Below, in pieces: positions 1 to 8,084 of a stretch of 39,762 bases of DNA. This stretch comes from Candidatus Eiseniibacteriota bacterium (GTDB lineage: Bacteria > Eisenbacteria > RBG-16-71-46 > DASYSL01): the NCBI GenBank assembly GCA_046596055.1, contig JBKJNH010000212.1, forward strand, positions 1 to 39,762, in the 5' to 3' direction. Within the stretch, counting starts at the first letter, position 1; each line of letters begins with the position of its first letter. The translations under genes and the position numbers were made by a program. The notes beneath the pieces were generated by a model. It saw nothing but the letters and a program-made list of their open reading frames with translations. It did not search any database and was not told the DNA's origin.

Positions 1-268
1 CGGGCTCCTCATGCAGATGCAGGCGGATGCTCTGGGCATCCCCGTCGTCCGTCCGCGCATGGTCGAGACGACGGCGCTGGGCGCGGGGCTGTTGGCGGCG
101 CGGGCGCTCGGGTGGCGCGCGGCCGGGAGCAGCGCGCGGGCGGTGGATCGCACGTTCAGGCCGCGCACAGGACGGGCGGCCGTGCAGGAGCGCAAGCAGG
201 CAGCGGCGCGCTGGGCGGCCGCGATCGAGACCGTGCGCCGGACGCGGGGGCTGGCCCATGCCGGCTGA
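1..268 (+). CDS. glpK: Glycerol kinase, C-terminal fragment (gene starts before the window)
   Basis: [31 protein letters not shown] matches the FGGY/GlpK C-terminal signature; the frame is open from base 2. Confidence 0.85.
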   Translation, partial: GLLMQMQADALGIPVVRPRMVETTALGAGLLAARALGWRAAGSSARAVDRTFRPRTGRAAVQERKQAAARWAAAIETVRRTRGLAHAG

Positions 269-710
269 CGCGCAGGATCGAGAAACCACCGACGCCGAGA
301 TCGAGGCCATCATCCGCGCCATGCGCGTCATTGCCGTGCTCGGCATGAAGGACGACTCGCGCGCCGGCGAGCCCGCACTCGAGATCCCGCGCATGCTCGT
401 CGAGCGCGGGTTCGAGGTGATCCCGGTCAATCCCACGATCGAACGGGCGCTCGGCCGTCGCGCCTACGCCCGCCTCGCCGACGTCGACGTGCCGTTCGAC
501 CTGCTCGACGTGTTCCGTCGTCCCGATCGCATTCCTGAAATCGTCGACGAGGTGCTCGCCCTTCCGCCGGAGCGGCGACCGGCCGTGGTGTGGCTGCAGA
601 GCGGGATCCGCAACGATGCGGCGGCGGCGCGGTTGCGCGCGGCGGGAATCACGGTGGTGCAGGATGCGTGTCTCGGGGTTCTCGCGACGCGGTACGTGCC
701 CCTGCGCTAG
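258..710 (+). CDS. CoA-binding protein (YccU-like)
   Basis: Motifs [31 protein letters not shown] and VVQDAC; ATG at 258 overlaps the end of glpK. Confidence 0.85.
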   Translation: MPADAQDRETTDAEIEAIIRAMRVIAVLGMKDDSRAGEPALEIPRMLVERGFEVIPVNPTIERALGRRAYARLADVDVPFDLLDVFRRPDRIPEIVDEVLALPPERRPAVVWLQSGIRNDAAAARLRAAGITVVQDACLGVLATRYVPLR

Positions 711-1582
711 GCCCCGATCCGGTTCGTTCCCAGGACATGGCGATCGAGCCAGCGGGTGAGGTCGGCGAGCACGCGATTGCGGTCCAGTTCGTTGAGCGGC
801 TCGTGCAACATCCCCGGATAGACGCGCGCCTCGCTGCCGGGCACCGTCGCGACGCGCATGAACTTCTGTGCCTCGTCGACGCTTGCGATGGGATCGTCCG
901 CACCGTGGAGCAGCAGGACGGGCGCCTCGAGGATGGCGCCATCGCCGCCGGCCACGGCGGACTGCATGCGATGCTGGGCGGCGCGCATCTCGGTGAAGTA
1001 CCGCGCGGTCATCACGCGAACCAGGAAGGGATCGCTGTCGTAGGCCGCGACGATCGTCTCGTCGTGCGACATCTCGCGTCCGCGCAGCCCGGTCGTCTGC
1101 GCGAGCCGCGGGACGATCCCCGACACCACCTTGGCGAACGCGACCTTGAACGGCGGCAGCGCCTTCGCCGAGGCGAAGAACGGCGCGACCAGCACGAGCC
1201 CGTGAAACACTCCGCGATGTGCCGGCAGCCATTCGGCGGCGAGCAATCCACCCATGCTCGAGCCGAGCAGGGCGCGCCGCGCGGGCAGGCGACGCTCGGC
1301 CTCGAGGACGGCGACGACGGCCGTCAGGTCGTCGTGGAGCGCCTGCCACGAAGGGGTGTGCCCGCGCGGCCCGCGCGAGGCGCCGTGACCGCGCGATTCG
1401 ATCACGAAGGTGGCGTACCCGCGCGACGCGAGCTCGGTCTGCAGCCGCGCATAGCGTCCGGCGTGCTCGGCGAACCCGGGAACGATCACGACGCCGCCGC
1501 GCGGATCCGCGACGGGCCTTCCGACGACGTGCAGGCGCGTGCCGTTCGCCGGGACCATCAACTCGAAGGGGGTGTTCGCCAT
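707..1582 (-). CDS. Alpha/beta hydrolase, lysophospholipase/monoglyceride lipase type
   Basis: PGFAEHAGRY, RGHGAS, nucleophile elbow GSSMGG, LLLHGADDPI and LHEPLNE; start chosen at ATG 1582. Confidence 0.85.
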   Translation of the reverse strand: MANTPFELMVPANGTRLHVVGRPVADPRGGVVIVPGFAEHAGRYARLQTELASRGYATFVIESRGHGASRGPRGHTPSWQALHDDLTAVVAVLEAERRLPARRALLGSSMGGLLAAEWLPAHRGVFHGLVLVAPFFASAKALPPFKVAFAKVVSGIVPRLAQTTGLRGREMSHDETIVAAYDSDPFLVRVMTARYFTEMRAAQHRMQSAVAGGDGAILEAPVLLLHGADDPIASVDEAQKFMRVATVPGSEARVYPGMLHEPLNELDRNRVLADLTRWLDRHVLGTNRIGA

Positions 1583-1596
1583 GGGGGGAGAACCGG

Positions 1597-2328
1597 TCAG
1601 CCGCGCTTCGGCGGGTGCAACGGGCGCAGATGAACCTGCGACATCAGCGCGTTCGGCGACGCGGTGAGGATCGCCAGCGCGACGTGCGCGACGTCGTCGA
1701 CGGTGAGGCGGCCCGCGGGCTCGCGGCCGCCGGCGAACTCGGTGGCGGTCGAGCCCGGGCAGATCGCGGCGACCTTGATGCCGAAGTGTCGCAGCTCGAG
1801 CATGCACGCGTCGCTGAAGCCCATGAGACCGAACTTGGTGGCGTTGTAACCCGACAGGTTCGGGTTGGCGACGAGTCCGGCGACCGAGGCGATGTTGAGG
1901 ATCGTGCCCGAGCCCTGGCGCTTCATCGCCGGGACGACCGCGCGCGTGCACAAGAACGGGCCACGCAGGTTGACGCCGAGCATTTCGTCGAACTGCTCGA
2001 TCGACATCGTGTCGACCGGGCCGAAGTGGCCCAGGCCCGCGTTGTTCACCAGGATGTCGATGCGGCCGAACGCGTCGAGCGTGCCCGAGACCATGCCCTC
2101 GACCGAGCGGTCGTCGCGCACGTCCGCGGGCACCACGATGGCACGCCGGCCGAGTGCGGTGATCTGCTTCGCGAGGTCCTCGAGATCCGGCATCGTGCGC
2201 GCGGCGATCGCCACGTCGGCGCCGGCGCGAGCCAGCGCCAGGGCGACGCCCCGGCCGATGCCGCGCGACGCGCCGGTGACCAGCGCCGCCTGGCGGGCGA
2301 GCGGATGCGCCGCGCCCGGGGCGGACAT
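1597..2328 (-). CDS. Short-chain dehydrogenase/reductase (SDR)
   Basis: TGASRGIG, NNAG, catalytic YNATK, ICPG. Confidence 0.9.
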   Translation of the reverse strand: MSAPGAAHPLARQAALVTGASRGIGRGVALALARAGADVAIAARTMPDLEDLAKQITALGRRAIVVPADVRDDRSVEGMVSGTLDAFGRIDILVNNAGLGHFGPVDTMSIEQFDEMLGVNLRGPFLCTRAVVPAMKRQGSGTILNIASVAGLVANPNLSGYNATKFGLMGFSDACMLELRHFGIKVAAICPGSTATEFAGGREPAGRLTVDDVAHVALAILTASPNALMSQVHLRPLHPPKRG

Positions 2329-2329
2329 G

Positions 2330-3727
2330 TCAGCGCTCCTCGTCGTCGTCGCCGTCGCGCCATCGCGTGGCGGCTTCGGCGGCGGCTTCGTCCTCTTCCG
2401 CGGCTTCGTGAAGGATCGGCACCCCCGGAGAATCGTCGCCGATCAGCTCGGCATCCTCCGGCAGCGTGAAGGCGAGACGCCGCGCGTCGAGGTCGACCTT
2501 GCTGACGATGGCGTCGACCTCCTGGTCGAGCCGGTAGCGCTCGCTCGGATGGTGGCCCCATGGCGTCGAGAAGATGTTGGAGATGTGGAGCAGGCCGAAG
2601 ATGCCGGGTTCGAGCTCGATGAAGACGCCGTATTCCTTGACGCCGCTGACGCGACCGTGGACGGCGCTCCCCACGTCGTACTTGGAGGCCGCATGCAGCC
2701 ACGGGTCGTCGGTGAGCTGCTTGAGGCCGACCGAGATGCGGCCGTTGTTCGCCTCGACCTCGAGGACCTGCACGCGCAGCTTCTGGTTGAGCGTGACCAC
2801 CTGGCCCGGGTGGCGCACGTGCTGCCATGCCATCTGGCTGACGTGCAGCAGCGCATCGACGCCGCCCAGGTCAAGGAACGCGCCGAACTCGGTGATCGAC
2901 TTGACCGTGCCCTCGACGATGTCGCCCTCTGTCCAGACCCGGGTCCCCCACACCTGCGGGTCCCCACGCTCCGCCCGCGTGCGTTCGAGCGCGGCCATGC
3001 GCTGCGCGAGCTTGCCGCGCGCCCATGGCGCGTCGGGGGCGCCGGCGCCGAACGTCGGCTGGATGTCGTCGTCGTGCGAAGCGCCGCCCCGCGTGCTGCG
3101 CGGCAGTGCGCCTTCGCTGCGCGGCCAGCCGCCGCGGTCGCCGTCGCGTCGATCTGGCCGTTCGGCCCGCTCCGCGCGCTCGATCCGCTCGTGGCGCGAG
3201 GCCGGTCCGCCGGCGGCGTCCACCCCGTGTCCGCCGTCGACGCGCTCGAGGCCCGGGATCTCGAGCGGGTCAAAGTTCCCACCCGAGGCCGAAATGAGGT
3301 CGTAGGAGACCGATCCCGGCACGCCCGAGATGATCACTTCCTTGCCGAAACGATTGCGGGCCATGGTCACGACCCGCAGGAAGTCGCGGTCGCCGGTCAT
3401 CAGGAGAACGGTGGGAATGGCGGCGCGATCGAGCATCGTCTCGATGATGTCGATCAGCATGTCCATGTCGGCGCCGGACTTCTTGCGGTCCCCGACCTGG
3501 TGAGCCTGCACGTTGACCGCGGTGATTCCCGACACCTGGAGGTCGCGCAGGACGTCCGAGGGGAAATCCTCGAAGTCGGCATAGGCGCGCGCGATGTTGA
3601 CGAGTCCGTATTTCCGGGCGGTTTCGATGAGCAGAGAGGCCCGGGGTTCGACCCCGTAAGCATTCAACGTTCCATAGCGGATGTTCTCGAAATCGATGAA
3701 AAGCGCGACTTCCTTTCGTTGTTCCAC
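2330..3727 (-). CDS. NYN (LabA/DUF88, PIN-like) ribonuclease domain fused through a disordered linker to two S1 RNA-binding domains
   Basis: NYN acidic motifs FIDFEN, GADMDM and TGDRDF. C-terminal EGTVKSITEFGAFLDLGGVDALLHVSQMAW...ISVGLKQLTDDPW and GRVSGVKEYGVFIELEPGIFGLLHISNI resemble internal RpsA S1 repeats. GTG start at 3727 with GGAG 10 nt upstream. Confidence 0.85.
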   Translation of the reverse strand: MEQRKEVALFIDFENIRYGTLNAYGVEPRASLLIETARKYGLVNIARAYADFEDFPSDVLRDLQVSGITAVNVQAHQVGDRKKSGADMDMLIDIIETMLDRAAIPTVLLMTGDRDFLRVVTMARNRFGKEVIISGVPGSVSYDLISASGGNFDPLEIPGLERVDGGHGVDAAGGPASRHERIERAERAERPDRRDGDRGGWPRSEGALPRSTRGGASHDDDIQPTFGAGAPDAPWARGKLAQRMAALERTRAERGDPQVWGTRVWTEGDIVEGTVKSITEFGAFLDLGGVDALLHVSQMAWQHVRHPGQVVTLNQKLRVQVLEVEANNGRISVGLKQLTDDPWLHAASKYDVGSAVHGRVSGVKEYGVFIELEPGIFGLLHISNIFSTPWGHHPSERYRLDQEVDAIVSKVDLDARRLAFTLPEDAELIGDDSPGVPILHEAAEEDEAAAEAATRWRDGDDDEER

Positions 3728-3785
3728 AGTCCATTGTCTCCCTGGGGGCGACGAATCGCCTGGGTCCGGCCCTGGATCGCGATCG

Positions 3786-3944
3786 GGGGACTCACGAGGG
3801 GAACAATGCCAAGGATGCGAATCCCGCGGCCGGTATCTGAATGTGCGTCGCGCGACGTCCTGTCCGCGACGCTGTTGCCGAGGTCCGTTCAGCCGGTTTC
3901 GTATTCCTTGAGCGCGCGCGAAGACCCTCCGCCGTGGTCCGCCC
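3786..3944 (-). ncRNA. Candidate structured RNA or 5' leader (rod-like nested hairpin) upstream of the NYN-S1 gene
   Basis: Four nested complementary pairs: 3786-3801/3925-3944, 3810-3821/3898-3910, 3830-3841/3888-3896 and 3845-3852/3865-3872. A -10-like TATGAT lies on the minus strand at 3968-3973. Confidence 0.4.
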
Positions 3945-4006
3945 GGGATGTTCGCGGCTCGCGAACGATCATAGCGACGGAAAGGCGAGATTCCTACGAC
4001 AAACAT

Positions 4007-4366
4007 TTAACCCGACTTCGGGGGAGTCTCCTGCTGGTCCGGACGGAGCCCGAGGGCGCCCTGCACCTTGCCCTCGAGCGAGAGCGGTTCGCCCCTTCGT
4101 TCGTCGATGCGCAGGTGTGTGATCACGCGATCCGTGCCCGTGTGCAGGTCGAACGTGGCGGTGTGCAGCGCGCGGGCCAGCGCGAGAACGTCGTCGAGGG
4201 GGCCCTCGACCAGCGTTCCCATGGCGGTGAGCTGGTGCTCAAGCCCGCTGGCGTGAACCAGCGGCAGGAGCGCGCGGATGAACTCGCGGATCGTGGCCTC
4301 GCCGGTGCCCAGCGGCGTGATGAAGATCTCGGCGACGACGGGACGGCGGGGATCAAACGGGTGCAC
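4007..4366 (-). CDS. MTH1187/YqgV-family thiamine-binding-like protein
   Basis: AEIFITPLGTG, SGLEHQLTAMGTLVEG and RVITHLRIDERR match the family pattern; GTG start approximate. Confidence 0.8.
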   Translation of the reverse strand: MHPFDPRRPVVAEIFITPLGTGEATIREFIRALLPLVHASGLEHQLTAMGTLVEGPLDDVLALARALHTATFDLHTGTDRVITHLRIDERRGEPLSLEGKVQGALGLRPDQQETPPKSG

Positions 4367-4377
4367 GACGGGCCGCG

Positions 4378-4971
4378 TCAGGGGCGGGCCGCGGCGCCCA
4401 CGCCCGTGCTCCCGCGCCGGTAGGCGTCCCAGCTCGTCGTCTTGTAGTGGCCGTCGCCGATGAAGCGCAGCACACCGATGAACTGGTCGGGCTTGACGAA
4501 GCCGGGCACCTGCGTGACCAGGGCGCCGTCGGCGGCGAAGAACAGCGTCGTCGGGTAGCCCGTGATGCGGAAGGAATCGGCGAACTGTCGGTGGGTGCTC
4601 TCGACTCCGCCGTAATCGACCTGGCTGTCGTCGTCCTCGGCATCGACCCTGGCGGCGATGAACTTGCGCCCGATGAACTCGCGCACCGCCGGATCGGCGT
4701 ACGTCGTCTTGTCCATTTTCCGGCACCAGCCGCACCACTTGGTCGAGACGTCGACCAGCAGCGGCCGGCCGCTGCGCTTCGCCTCGGCCAGCCCCTCGGA
4801 CAGATCCGTCCAGCGGATCCCTTTCGTGTCGGCCGCCGGCACGGCGGCGGGACTCCCGCCCTGGATCACCTTTGGACTGGGGCTTTCAACCTGCGAGGTC
4901 GCGGGGCCGGCAAGGAACAGGCCGACGATCAGCGCGAGCAGGGCGAACGGGACCGGAGGGAGGAATCGCAT
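4378..4971 (-). CDS. Exported thioredoxin-fold protein (SoxW/DUF255-like)
   Basis: Signal peptide, WCGWC redox motif, cis-Pro loop GYPT. Confidence 0.85.
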   Translation of the reverse strand: MRFLPPVPFALLALIVGLFLAGPATSQVESPSPKVIQGGSPAAVPAADTKGIRWTDLSEGLAEAKRSGRPLLVDVSTKWCGWCRKMDKTTYADPAVREFIGRKFIAARVDAEDDDSQVDYGGVESTHRQFADSFRITGYPTTLFFAADGALVTQVPGFVKPDQFIGVLRFIGDGHYKTTSWDAYRRGSTGVGAAARP

Positions 4972-5003
4972 GGCGCCAGCCTAGCACGCACCCGAAAGTG
5001 GCC

Positions 5004-5861
5004 TCAACCGCGCCCCCGGACGGTGTGCTCGATCGCGCCGGTCGGGTCGGTGGGGTCGAAGATCACCGCGCACCAGCGCTTGTCCCCGTCGAACTGGCCC
5101 GGGTTGACGACCCGTGTGCGCCCGATCGTGTCGTGGAAGTACCCCGAAACCGCGGGCCCCTCGTGAATGTGGCCCGACAGGGACCACGGCGGCTGGTGCC
5201 GCTCGAGAAAGGCGCGCAGCGCCCGCGATCCCACGGGCACGCCGCCGTGGATGCGATCGCAGGCGGTTTCGAAGGGCGGCGAGTGGACGACGAAGACGGT
5301 GCGCGACGGATCGGTGCGCGCCCCCAGGTCCGCGAGCGCATCGGCGATCGTGAGCCCGCGCGCGCCGGGATCGAATCGGAACGGGGCGAGACCTTCGGGC
5401 GTCGAGCGCCAACCGTCGAGCCTCAGGCCGGGCGGGGAATCGGCCGTGTCGAAGCGTTCCCAGTCCTTGATCCCGAACGGCGTGATCGGCACCCACGACA
5501 GCCCGGCCAGCGCCAGGCCGCCCTCGGCCGCGCCCAGCTCGTGCACGCGATCGTGCAGCACCGACCACAGCGCCGGGTCGCCGTCGGTGAACACGTCGTG
5601 ATTCACCGCCCAGTCGTCATTGCCCATGAGGATAAAGAGCCGCACGCCCGGCGAGGCGGAGCGCACCCGCTCGGCGTAGAGGCGAAACGGCCCGGTCCAG
5701 AATGCGCGCTGCACGGCGGGCCCGTCGAATGCGCCGGCGTGCGGACCCAGGTCGCCGCCGAGGATGACGATCGAAGGCCGGTGCGTCGCGACCGCGGCGA
5801 CGAGAGCTTCATAGAATGGAGGATACCCGTGGAGGTCCGAGGTGAAGATCCAGCGTCCCAC
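5004..5861 (-). CDS. Calcineurin-like metallophosphoesterase
   Basis: SDLHG, GGDL, GNDD, HSPP and GHIHE metal-binding motifs. Confidence 0.85.
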   Translation of the reverse strand: MGRWIFTSDLHGYPPFYEALVAAVATHRPSIVILGGDLGPHAGAFDGPAVQRAFWTGPFRLYAERVRSASPGVRLFILMGNDDWAVNHDVFTDGDPALWSVLHDRVHELGAAEGGLALAGLSWVPITPFGIKDWERFDTADSPPGLRLDGWRSTPEGLAPFRFDPGARGLTIADALADLGARTDPSRTVFVVHSPPFETACDRIHGGVPVGSRALRAFLERHQPPWSLSGHIHEGPAVSGYFHDTIGRTRVVNPGQFDGDKRWCAVIFDPTDPTGAIEHTVRGRG

Positions 5862-5877
5862 GGGGAGGAGGCGTGGC

Positions 5878-6711
5878 CTAGACGCGAACCACGATCGCCT
5901 CGCGGCGCCTGTTCAGCGACGGGAAGTCGATCGCACGGAACAGCGTGATTCGGCCCGCATAGGAGACCTTCACGACGTATCGCTCGCCGTCCTCCCCGAC
6001 CGCGCCGGGCGCGGGCAGCGCAAAGGCGAAGCGTCCGCCGCCAGCGGTCGTCCCTTCGCCGAGGATGTTCGGTGTGCCGTACTGCTGCACGGTCACCAGC
6101 GCGCCGTCGAGCGCCAGACCGGTCGTCGCGTCCTCGACCTTGATGTCGTAGAGCGTCGAGTCGGAGCCGACGGTCGCCAGGTCGTAGCGGATGTCGAACA
6201 CGATCGGCGGGTTCCCCTCGCCTTCCACCTGCATCTGGACGAAGACCGGGTCGGCGGGGGTCAGCGTGTTCCTCCACTGCAGGGCCAGGCCGCGGACGTT
6301 GATCGTCCGTAGCGTGTCCCCCGAGGTGCCGACATTGCACTCCGAGTCCGCGGTGTAGCGGGCCACCGGCGTCACGATGTAGACCCGCTGGGTGTCGGGC
6401 CCGGCCAGCCGCAGCTCGAGCTCGGCGTTGGCCTCGCAACCGTTCCTGTAAACGGTCTGGATCTTGAGCCGCACGTCCATGAATGCCGTCGTCGTGAAGG
6501 TGTCGATCGGCGCGACGCGATCGTCGGCGGTCGTCGTGGTCTCGCGGTAGGCCGTCACGTCGTAGGCGATGCCGGGCACCGGCAGCCCGTTCTGGATGGT
6601 GCGGCCCTCCTCGCTGCAACCGGCGAGCACGGCGGCGGCGGCGGCGGCGAGGACCAGGGCGACGAGGCGGAGATGGGAGAAAACGCCGGGGATTCGTGTA
6701 GTCGAGGTCAT
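5878..6711 (-). CDS. Hypothetical lipoprotein with a beta-rich, prealbumin-like C-terminal region
   Basis: Hydrophobic signal ending in lipobox VLAGC; C-terminal VEDATTGLALDGALVTV...GTTAGGGRF; GC-typical codon usage. Confidence 0.7.
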   Translation of the reverse strand: MTSTTRIPGVFSHLRLVALVLAAAAAAVLAGCSEEGRTIQNGLPVPGIAYDVTAYRETTTTADDRVAPIDTFTTTAFMDVRLKIQTVYRNGCEANAELELRLAGPDTQRVYIVTPVARYTADSECNVGTSGDTLRTINVRGLALQWRNTLTPADPVFVQMQVEGEGNPPIVFDIRYDLATVGSDSTLYDIKVEDATTGLALDGALVTVQQYGTPNILGEGTTAGGGRFAFALPAPGAVGEDGERYVVKVSYAGRITLFRAIDFPSLNRRREAIVVRV

Positions 6712-6755
6712 GGAGCGACGATAGCACACACCTTCGCACCGGCAGGACCCCCGGC

Positions 6756-6785
6756 TTGACCCCCGGTCGGGCGAGCCGCCATACT
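6756..6785 (+). promoter_or_regulatory. Sigma70-like promoter for the CBM-GDE operon
   Basis: TTGACC (6756-6761), 18 nt, CATACT (6780-6785) in a divergent intergenic gap. Confidence 0.5.
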
Positions 6786-6851
6786 TTCGACGTCGACGCC
6801 CGCCGCCCCACCCCGCCGTCCCCCGGATGGCACCGTACCAGGAAGGAAGGC

Positions 6852-8084
6852 ATGAGCCCTCAGCGCAGCCTGTTCGTCGCCCTTGCGTCTCCGCTCCTTG
6901 CTGTCGCGCTCCTCGCTCTTGTCGATGCCGCCCCGCGCACCGCCGCCGCCCAGTCGGCGACGACGCAGAGCGCAACCCGGTTCCGGAATCCCGGATTCGA
7001 GGACGGCGGCCTGTTCAATCCCTCCGACTGGGACACCACGGTCGCCGGGGTTCCGACGGTCCTCTTCTACTGGGACCCGGACGTGGCGCGCGGCGGCGGT
7101 CGATCGGCCAGCATCGTCAACGCCGGCGACGCCATCCCGGTCTGGCACAACTGGAACCAGATGCTGCCGCACGCCGGCGACCTGGTCGGCCGCGACCTCG
7201 AGCTCACGGTCTGGGTCCGCTCTTCGCAGATGAGCGGCGGCCGCGGCTACGTGATGCTGCAGGCCTACCGCGACACGGTAATGAACAAGGCGCTCGACGA
7301 GGGCACCACGCGCGAGCAGGCGCGCATCGCGATGGGGTACAAGTACGCCGACGATCCGCAGCTCGAGACGGGCTGGGCGCGGCAGTACTTCTCCGCCGAC
7401 GTCGAGGAGTGGACGGCCAAGACGGTGCGCATGTACGTGCCGCCGACCACGAACCTCGTGATCATCCGGCTCGGCATCTTCGGCAGCGGGCAGGTGTGGT
7501 TCGACGACGCGCAGCTCGCGATCAAGCCGGCGGCGACCACGCCGCTGCCGCTGGGCAAGAACCTGATGGCCAACCCGGGGTTCGAGCGGCCGCTGGACGA
7601 GTGGGAGTTCTCGATGCCGCCCACCCCGCAGGCCTCGATCGTGCGCGACTCGTCGGTCGCCCACACGGGCCGCTTCTCCGCGAGATTCACCGCCCCGGTC
7701 AAGGCCGCGTTCCAGACCTACATGAATGCCTGCCAGGTGTGGAACGCACGCAACCTGTCGGGCCGTCGCGTGCGGCTGTCGGGGTGGGGCAAGACCGACA
7801 ACCTGGTCGATAGCGCGTACCTGAGCGTGTTCTCGACCGGCCTCTACGGCGTCGACGGATCCCTCGCCGGCGATGCCTTCACCGGCACGCGGGACTGGTC
7901 GTTCTATTCGGTCGAGTTCGACGTGCCGAAGGACACCTACACCGTGTGGGCACGCGCCGGGGTGCAGGCGTCACCGGGCACCACGTGGTGGGACGACCTC
8001 AAGTTCGAAGTGCTCGGCGCCACGCCCAGGGCCTCGTCCAAGGCCGCCGCCAAGACCGCCCCCACGACCGGGAAGGGGCGCTGA
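6852..8084 (+). CDS. Secreted protein with two tandem galactose-binding-like (CBM4/9-like) domains
   Basis: Signal peptide; two repeats that begin NPGFE and end VWFDD / TWWDD; SD AGGAAGG. Confidence 0.7.
   Translation: MSPQRSLFVALASPLLAVALLALVDAAPRTAAAQSATTQSATRFRNPGFEDGGLFNPSDWDTTVAGVPTVLFYWDPDVARGGGRSASIVNAGDAIPVWHNWNQMLPHAGDLVGRDLELTVWVRSSQMSGGRGYVMLQAYRDTVMNKALDEGTTREQARIAMGYKYADDPQLETGWARQYFSADVEEWTAKTVRMYVPPTTNLVIIRLGIFGSGQVWFDDAQLAIKPAATTPLPLGKNLMANPGFERPLDEWEFSMPPTPQASIVRDSSVAHTGRFSARFTAPVKAAFQTYMNACQVWNARNLSGRRVRLSGWGKTDNLVDSAYLSVFSTGLYGVDGSLAGDAFTGTRDWSFYSVEFDVPKDTYTVWARAGVQASPGTTWWDDLKFEVLGATPRASSKAAAKTAPTTGKGR

Noticed and set aside
3728-4006. 93-aa N-terminal extension of the NYN-S1 ORF in the ORF track
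   Set aside because: The sequence is not protein-like, the NYN domain and an SD begin at GTG 3727, and the region is better explained as promoter plus leader.
1865-4423. 852-aa plus-strand ORF and the many other long R/A/P-rich overlapping ORFs
   Set aside because: Shadow frames of well-supported genes on the opposite strand or in another frame.
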